A stretch of 64,000 bases of DNA from the human T2T-CHM13v2.0 reference genome, Homo sapiens. A program made the translations under genes and the position numbers. Below the pieces are notes generated by a model. That model made no database searches. It saw nothing but the letters and a program-made list of their open reading frames with translations, and was not told the origin of the DNA. Within the stretch, counting starts at the first letter, position 1. Every line of letters begins with the position of its first letter. The stretch lies in assembly GCF_009914755.1 (NCBI RefSeq), contig NC_060931.1; one strand, written 5' to 3'. Positions 56,120-64,000 of this stretch are shown piece by piece.

Positions 56120-56470
56120 TTTGAAGCACAGTATTAGAGGGCTAATAAATTTGTGCCTGTCACTGTGATAATACAGTTGAGGCAAATTAATAACATTTGG
56201 CATAAAGTATGTTTAAGATAATCAAAATAAGAAGTTAAATTTTAATTAAACCATAAAAAGCTACAACTTAAATTAAAATAGACTATGAAAACATCTTAAA
56301 CATCTCTGAATACATAACGAAAACCTAAACTGTTAATAGATACCCCATTATGCTTAGCTCTAAATGTAAATTATTCATCAAAATTATTTGCCAGAGTAGC
56401 AGTAGCAAACAGCCTAAAACTCAAAGGACTTGGTAGTGCTGAATGATGCTACTAGAGGAGCCCATTCATA
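56120..56470 (+). pseudogene. MT-RNR1: NUMT: nuclear copy of a mitochondrial 12S rRNA fragment
   Basis: Colinear 12S blocks: aaatttgtgcctgtcactgtg (AATTTCGTGCCAGCCACCGCG), ggcataaagtatgtttaagat, aaaatagactatgaaa, tagataccccattatgcttagctctaaa, acagcctaaaactcaaaggacttggtagtgct, ctagaggagccc. Confidence 0.93.
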
Positions 56471-56694
56471 CTCTTGAAATGAAGCCTTTCTTCAGTCCTT
56501 TTCAGACATCATCTGGTAATTCCATCCTGACTCCATGAAACATTGCTATAGGTCAGACACTTGCCTACCACTAGCCTCTCTGCAGGAATGGGGAATGGAG
56601 TTGCCTTCTTCATGAGCCGGATCATTTGTAGGTGTGCTCAACCATTACCGCCATGTGGAAATTTCTGACCCTATTTTTCCCCCTTTATTTTTTC

Positions 56695-56930
56695 AAGAGG
56701 CACTGTAACATAGAGTCACACATGTTCAACTCCCAACTCCATTACTAGTACTGTGCTTGCAGGAAAGTGGTTCATCTCTTGAAGGCGATTTCTACCAAGC
56801 AGAGTGTGAGTAATAACTGTACACATCCCACAGAATTCTTACCATAACTAAATGAAGTTATGCACATAAAATGTTTGGTAAGCAGCATTTGGCACAGAGT
56901 TGGCACTACATAAATATTAGTTATATAATT
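56695..56930. mobile_element. MIR
   Basis: gttcaactcccaactccattactagtactgtg...ctaaatgaagttatgcacataaaatg...ggcacagagttggcactacataaatattag. Confidence 0.7.
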
Positions 56931-57026
56931 TCACTTTTTCTTCTTCCATTCTTCTGCCAATAGTACCTGCAGACAGCTATTAAACTCTACAAGAGCAATT
57001 ATAAATAAGTGCAGAATATAATAGTG

Positions 57027-57300
<274 letters not shown>

Positions 57301-59485
57301 TTAGAAGATAATAGTGATAGCCAATGCCATGAATAACTGGGTTTAAACAGATTCTTGGCCTACTCTAAAGGTTAAGGAAAAAACAGTCCTTCTTTATCTT
57401 AGAGATAGTCTATGCTTTTCTTGCTAAAATGTATATCATAATTTACACTTGCAAAATGTCTATTTTAATGTAGATTGACAATTTACTGATAAAATCGTTT
57501 GACAAAAAGCCTGAAAAGGTGGATAATAAAAATGCTATGCATTCAAAAACCAGTGTGAAGATTTCTGGATTTTTTTCTACCATCCTGTTTCAGACAGAAT
57601 TTATTTGTGTATTTTTAAAAGGAGCAACATTTAGTCTCTCATCTATCACCGAACTAGAGTAGATTTCCAACAAGTATCTAGGTTGTAAAATTGTTTTAGG
57701 AAACTATGATCACTACCTTTAGGTTCTATTTTTTTTTTCATCCAAATGATTTTTGTTCAAATGCCCTTTCAATATTCACTTTCGTGGCAGCTAAAATGCT
57801 GTCACAGTGTTCTCAAGATGCTGTCAATGCTACTCTGTAGTAAATAACATTATAATGTCAATGCATGACTAAGGAAGTGACATGATGTCAAGGATGCACT
57901 CAGTGTGGTTGTATCATAAATTCAATGGAAAATGCATATTTATGGAGACCTTCGTAGGATGTCAAAAGAGAATAATGCAGATGTTACATTACTGAGAAAA
58001 AAAATCAGAGAAACTTTGTTAAAGATGATGGAAATTCTACTGAGTAAAGGGAATGAATTTCAAGTCTTGGCAGTCAAAGTGCCTTCAGATTTCTAGGTGT
58101 TTTTATATATCCCGTGACAACTCTGAGGACTATACTCGCCCCTCTCCAGTCTGCCACCCAACCCAGTTGCCAAAGCTTGATGTCCTGGGTCCTGAGAGGG
58201 TCAAGAGACATAGATTACAACCTGTTTCACCCTTGAATTACTGATAGCACTGGATAATTTCTATTTATACAAAAGAAGGAGATCCTTCTGCGGCCGTAAT
58301 TGCAAGCCCTGCTCCCTTTGAAGATTCTTGTTCTTCTACTATGCTTTGCACCAGAATGAGAAGAGTGGAATTGAGGTTTTGGAACTACCACGGCCTGCAG
58401 GTGAAGAGAGGGGTGTGTCTAAATCCAGTTAATGCCTGAATTTATTTTATTAGGAAATATGCCATTTGGTTTAAATATTAAAATATCACTGCTACTAGGC
58501 AGATAACAAATGAAAGCTTCTCTTCTGGTGTCTTCTTTTCCCACCTGCATCCCTTTAAACATTCCCTCAAACCACGATGGGAGTTAAAATTATTTTCCTT
58601 CTCCTTACTTTTACTGCAATCTCATTTTATCTCCTTTCTCCATTGATGTGACTGACCTTGTATTGTTATGATTCTGCTCTTTTTTCCTCAAGTTGGTGGG
58701 ATAAGAGGATAGAGAGAAATGGGTTCTATTTTTTAAATGGAATCATTTTCCATTAATCAATTAAACAATTATTTTTAGCTATAGGTAAAATGTTAGCATT
58801 GGTACTAATACCAACATGACAGATGCTCTCAGTGCTCTGAACTGTCTGGTGGGGAAGTGAGAATGCCAACTAATAATTACAAGGTGACGAATACTAATGT
58901 AGACCTGGATATTATGAAAGCAAAATGTGGCAGATGCTAATGGAACCTAGGGATCATTTATTATCATTTTCCAGTCAAAGTTATTTTAATTGCACAGAAA
59001 GGGAAGTTTTACTCTAGACCATTCTTCAACGGCTTCTATTAGAGCTTCTATTAGATTGATGGAAATAGAACCCAAGGGTAAGATAAGTTGTCTGGGTTTC
59101 TAATAACTCAGAGCTAGACAGCCACCAGGCTTCTAGGCTCACCATTCATCTACAATGATATCTCTGTCTACTCCTTTCTCTTATTTAACCACCTTTCTTT
59201 GCTATCTTTTCTTCTGCAAAGCTCTACAAGGGTATTATTGCTTATAGGACCTTATTATCCTTTCAACACCTGGGGCTACACCACCTGTGGACTCCCTTTG
59301 TAGTTCTCGGTGGAAATTCCTGATGCAAAGCAAAGAGAGAATGATTGCAATTTCCTCAATAAGTCGCTTTTTTTTTTCGTTGGCTGGGGATGGGGGTGGA
59401 AGGGTAAAAGCCCTATATGTCATTATCTAGTTTATGCTTTGTTTCTACTGGAATCAAATTTAAATTGGAAAAGTATTGAGTATGG

Positions 59486-59671
59486 GGCTGGGCATGGTGG
59501 CTCACACCTGTAATCCCAGCACTTTGGGAGGCCAAGGCAGTCGGATCACCTGAGGTCAGGAGTTCGAGATCAGCCTGGCCAACATGGCGAAACCCCGTCT
59601 CTACTAAAAATACAAAAATTACACCAGCCTAGGTGGCAGAGCGAGACTCCATCTCAAGAAATAAAAGAAAA
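59486..59671 (+). mobile_element. AluSx-like SINE lacking most of the right monomer
   Basis: Intact left arm to aaaaatacaaaaatta, then jumps to ccagcctaggtggcagagcgagactcc; degenerate TSD gaaaagtattgagtatgg / gaaattactgggtatgg. Confidence 0.92.
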
Positions 59672-61226
59672 GAAATTACTGGGTATGGGAGAACATTACT
59701 AATATGTCTCATATACCTCATTCCCTTTTAAAGCTATACAAGTTTCTAATTTTCTTCTCTATTTTATAACGGAATGAAATTAGTTCCTTAAAATATGAGA
59801 TGAACAGGTGTTGTCAGTGGGGAGGGTGACAGGGGGGAAGTCCAGTAGAGATAAGGTCTACAAGGAAGCACCAAGGCTGGGGAAGACTAAACATTTGGGG
59901 TCACTGGGTACCTAGTTATTCTGAAGTGAGAAGAACACCAGAAAAATAAACAATATCTAGGCTACCAAAAAGTTGAAGAGATATTCAAAGGGAAAAGGCA
60001 GAAAACAGTAATACTAACCTTTACCCAGCACTTCTCTGAACAATGTAAGAATAATGATTTTCCTTGATTAGATTGTTACTCTGATTGTAAAGTCATTAAT
60101 TTATTCCCAATCTAGTTGACAGAATTTTTGGGTTTCTTACTAAAAAGTGAACTTTAAATCCTGGAAGGGATCATGTCAATGTATGCTCTTGTTTGCCAGA
60201 AGGGTAGTGGAGTGTCGAGCAATCAGAGAAAATTGATCCTACTTATATGGCAGATTTGTTACATCATCTTATGAATAGATATATGTGAATTCATTTATCA
60301 TAAGAATTATATTTTACATATGCATATTACAAGGGGTATGGAGACGGTAAAGAACTACTGATGGTAACCTGATGAAGAGCAAGTAAAATAACAGAAAAAA
60401 TTCAGGTACAGTAAGGCCAACATTTTTGGAAACCTGCTAGTTTCTTCCTCTCTTCTTTCCTTCTTCCCTCCCTTCCTCATCATATTCCAAGCACAATTTT
60501 AGGAGGGTTAGCACAAGCCTAAGGTATAAAAAAGAAGTAATAATAAAGAGTGGAACATAAGCAAAATGATAACCTATGATAGCATTGTAAGGTAGAACCA
60601 AGAATGGGATGTAAAATATAAAAACTAATGTGCCACATGTTTGCTACAAGTGAGCCATGATTTTAATGGCTGTGATCACATTAGAAAAAACATGGTCAAT
60701 TATTTCTCTAATGGAACTGGAGTGTCCCTCCCTGCCATTTGTGACTTGTTAAGATTGCCCGATGATGCCACCTTCATTCCCCATTTTCTGGCCAATGGAA
60801 TTTCAAAGTCATTCCCTAGATTTTGGAGAATTCCCAAAGAACTTCTATTTTCCATGGTCACTTCTGGTATCAAACACGTGTCCCAGCAAGTTTGTTCAGG
60901 ATGAGGGATGTCTTCCATCCTGTGGCTGCTGTTTCTCTTTCAAGCCAGTTTGACTACAAAGTGAAACTCACCACCTTCCTCACCAAAATACTCTCTCCAT
61001 GAGGCATTTGAGTTTAGAAGATTTTACTGAGGAATTAAGAAGACTGCAGAGTATTTATTGTGTAACAATATATCATCAACCTGACAACTGTTAAATTCCT
61101 CTAATTTTGGAATATTTTTTTGTGCCAACTTTATTCTAACAATACTCAGTCTTATATTATCTCAATGGCTCCACTATCCATTTCCCTCCTTTTTTTCCAT
61201 TTATTCCCCTCCCACATCCCCTAATT

Positions 61227-61262
61227 AAAAACAAAACAAAACAAAACAAAACAACAACAACA
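61227..61262. repeat. (AAAAC)n/(AAC)n microsatellite
   Basis: aaaaacaaaacaaaacaaaacaaaacaacaacaaca. Confidence 0.9.
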
Positions 61263-61499
61263 GAAAACCTCAGAACAATTTAACTTTCTTTTCTAGTACA
61301 TTGGCAAGGGGCTTAGGTTTTTTGCTATGTTATTCTGATCGCTTACCCCAGAGAGATATTTAAGGTATTTCCCAAAACATGTACAATTCCCAATTAAGAG
61401 ATTTCTAGGGCTGACTTTAAAAAAAAATAAAATGCCACTGCATTCTAGATTTTTATCAGAAAAAAAACTTATTCTTAGATGTACAACTACTTTTGACAA

Positions 61500-61676
61500 T
61501 GAGAACACATAGCAACAGACTCACAGTTCATCCGCAGCCTAGAGCAGAGCTGTAGAGCTACAGCCAATTTGCAGCTGTAATTTGTAATGTGAGTAAAAAT
61601 AAATCTTTTTATAAAGTCACTGAAATTTTAGAGTTGTTTGTGAAATTGCATTACCGCAGCAAAAGCTGACTCACAT
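61500..61676 (+). mobile_element. MLT1 (old MaLR) LTR 3' fragment
   Basis: cagcctagagcagagc...gtgagtaaaaataaatc...aagtcactgaaattttagagttgtttg...gcagcaaaagctgactcaca. Confidence 0.65.
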
Positions 61677-62209
61677 GGTGCTATGCATTCTCAATTTGAC
61701 AAATATGCGTTCAGAAAGACCAAATAAAATATATGTACAACTATGGTCTTTATGTAGCTGCAAGTTAGCAAAATATTTTTAAAATAGGATGTGTTTAATT
61801 ATTATTGTGCATGCCTCAGTTTTCCTTTATAGGCTAGTGATGTTCATGTAAGTATAAAGATATCTTAAATCAAAAACCATTTTATGTTTGTTTTCTAAAA
61901 TTTATTTTTGTCTCATTTCAGAAAAATATATTAATTATGCCATTTTAATAAATATTTTAGCATAATTTATATTTAATCGATTGAAATGACAAAATATGTA
62001 CCTGTGTTTTTGAGTTTTCAATTATTACACTTGGGGACCATTTCAAATTTAGTCTTGGTCATACATCTTTGCAATTCAAACTTAAAATGACTACTGTGTG
62101 ACTGGCCCCATAACAGATATTGCTGAGTTCTTTGCAATGTTGAACAAGAATCAGCTTGTGCGAGACCTCTATTTTTCCTGAGTCATCTTTACTCAGCAAT
62201 TCCCCATTT

Positions 62210-64000
62210 CATTTTTCTAATTTTGTTTTAACATTTTCATATAGTAAAAATAACTTTAAAAAATCTTGGTATGCATTTCTGTGAATTTTAAAACATGTAA
62301 CCATGTAACCATGCATTATCAGGATGCAAAACTGTTAGCCCAAAGAAACTTCCCCATCGTACCCCTTTATACTTGCACCCCATTTTCCACCCTCCCACCA
62401 ACACAAATCTATGGCAAAGGTGGATTTGTTCTTTGTCTTTATATTTTCCATTTCAGGAATATTATATAATAATATGGCATGTAATATTTGAGATTGGCTT
62501 TTATCATTTAGCACATGCTTTTGAAATGTATCAGGCTGTTGTATTAATATTTCATTTCTTTCCATTTCTGAGTAATATCCCATTGTATGGTTGTACTAGT
62601 GTTTATCTCTTTACCTGCTGAAGGACATTTGAGTTCTTCCCAGTTTTGAACTATTACAAGTAAAGCTTCTTTGAAAAATTTTTTTTGAGATATTTGTCTG
62701 AAGATTTATCTAGGATAAATATCTAAGAGATACATCACTGGGCCATATAATAAGAACTAACTTATGAAAGAATTCCAAATCATTTTCCAGAGTGTCTATA
62801 ACATTTTATGTTCCTATCAGCAACAGATGAGCAATCCAGTTGCTCTGCATCCTCCCCAGTGCTTGATATTGTTCATATTTTTAAATTGCAGCCATTCTAA
62901 TAGATGAGTAGTGATATCTTATTATGGTTTTAATTTGTGTTTTCCTAATGACTAATGATGTTAAATATCTTTTTATCTGATTTACTCATCTTGTATTTTC
63001 TTAGGTGAAGTTTTTGTTCAAGACTTTGCACAGTGATTAATTTGGCTTTTTATTATTGCATTTTGAACATTCTTTATATATACTGGAGAGAAGTTCTTGT
63101 CAAATATCTTCTCCCAGTGTAAAGTTTGTTATCTCTTTACAGAATATTTTAAAGAGAAAAAGTTTTAAGTTTGCTAAAGTCCAATTAATTCATATTTTTG
63201 ACATTTTTACTTTTATGTTATCGTGTCTCAGAACTCCTCATATAATCCCGTCATGAAGGTTTTCTCTTACATTTTCCTGTAAATGTTTTATAGTTTTCTG
63301 TTTTATATTTAGAGCAATCATTCATTTTGAGTTAATTCTAATAAAAGTAGCAGGTTTGGTTTGAGATTAATTTTTCTTAACTTATAGCTGATCGGTTGAT
63401 CCAACACTATTGATTGAAAAGATGAGCCTTTATTTTTTGAATTTCTTTTATGTGTTGATCAAAAACCAAATGACCATATGTGTGTGGGTTTATTTCTGAA
63501 CTCTATATTCTGTTACTTTGATCTACATATATATCCTTTCACCAATATCACACAATATTAGTATAGCTTTAGAGTGATTCTTAGAATTTGGTAGTATTAC
63601 TCATTTAAACAAAATTTATTTTTGTCAAAATGTGTTAGCTACTTTAGTTCTTTTATTTTTCAGATTTATCTAACTGTACCTGTGTAGTTCCTGTACTCAA
63701 ATAGATTTTAGAACCAATTGTCTACATGCACAGAAAATATGCTCAAAGTTTGATTGGTATTGGATGAAGTCTATAAATCAATTTATGAATAAGATTTGGA
63801 ATATAGACTTATGGATAAGTCACATGATTCATATTTTGTGTTTCAATTAATGAACATGGAATGCTTCTCATTTTATTTAGAGCTCTTTAAAATTTTCTTT
63901 CATCAGTGTTTTATAGTTTTCAGCATAGGTATCCTGTACATGTTTTGTTAGATTTGTATCTAAGAATTTATTTGATATCAAAACTATTTTAAGTGGTATA
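62210..64000 (-). mobile_element. L1MC/L1MD-like 3' end and ORF2, running off the window
   Basis: Antisense L1: ctgagtaatatcccattgtatgg, gaaggacatttgagttcttcccagtttt, gccattctaatagatgagtagtgatatcttattatggttttaatttg; minus ORF 62335-62583 MGYYSEMERNEILI. Confidence 0.88.

Noticed and set aside
56120-56470. Functional rRNA gene or mitochondrial contamination
   Set aside because: Partial, heavily mutated with CpG decay, and embedded in nuclear repeats.

Overview
This is AT-rich, repeat-dominated primate (most likely human) nuclear DNA. I recognise no intact protein-coding gene or spliced exon; nearly all ORFs in the track come from L1, Alu, LTR or low-complexity sequence. Main contents: (1) a degraded GTF3A (TFIIIA) processed pseudogene on the minus strand (~39373-40822), inserted in a Tigger1 that is also split by a near full-length L1MA; (2) an old mitochondrial 12S rRNA insertion (NUMT, ~56120-56470); (3) a complete CpG-rich LTR12C with a perfect TSD and a perfect (CG)11 tract (17040-18577); (4) a truncated HERV-I/HERV15-type provirus (LTR, PBS-Ile, gag) followed by an inverted copy of its LTR end; (5) two apparent L1 3' transductions; (6) many Alu, L1, L2, L3, MIR, MaLR and MER relics and several short local duplications. 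I found no evidence of a new multi-gene biological system; the interesting signals are genome-evolution events and candidate regulatory elements. Family and subfamily calls come from recalled consensus sequences and need RepeatMasker/Dfam confirmation.
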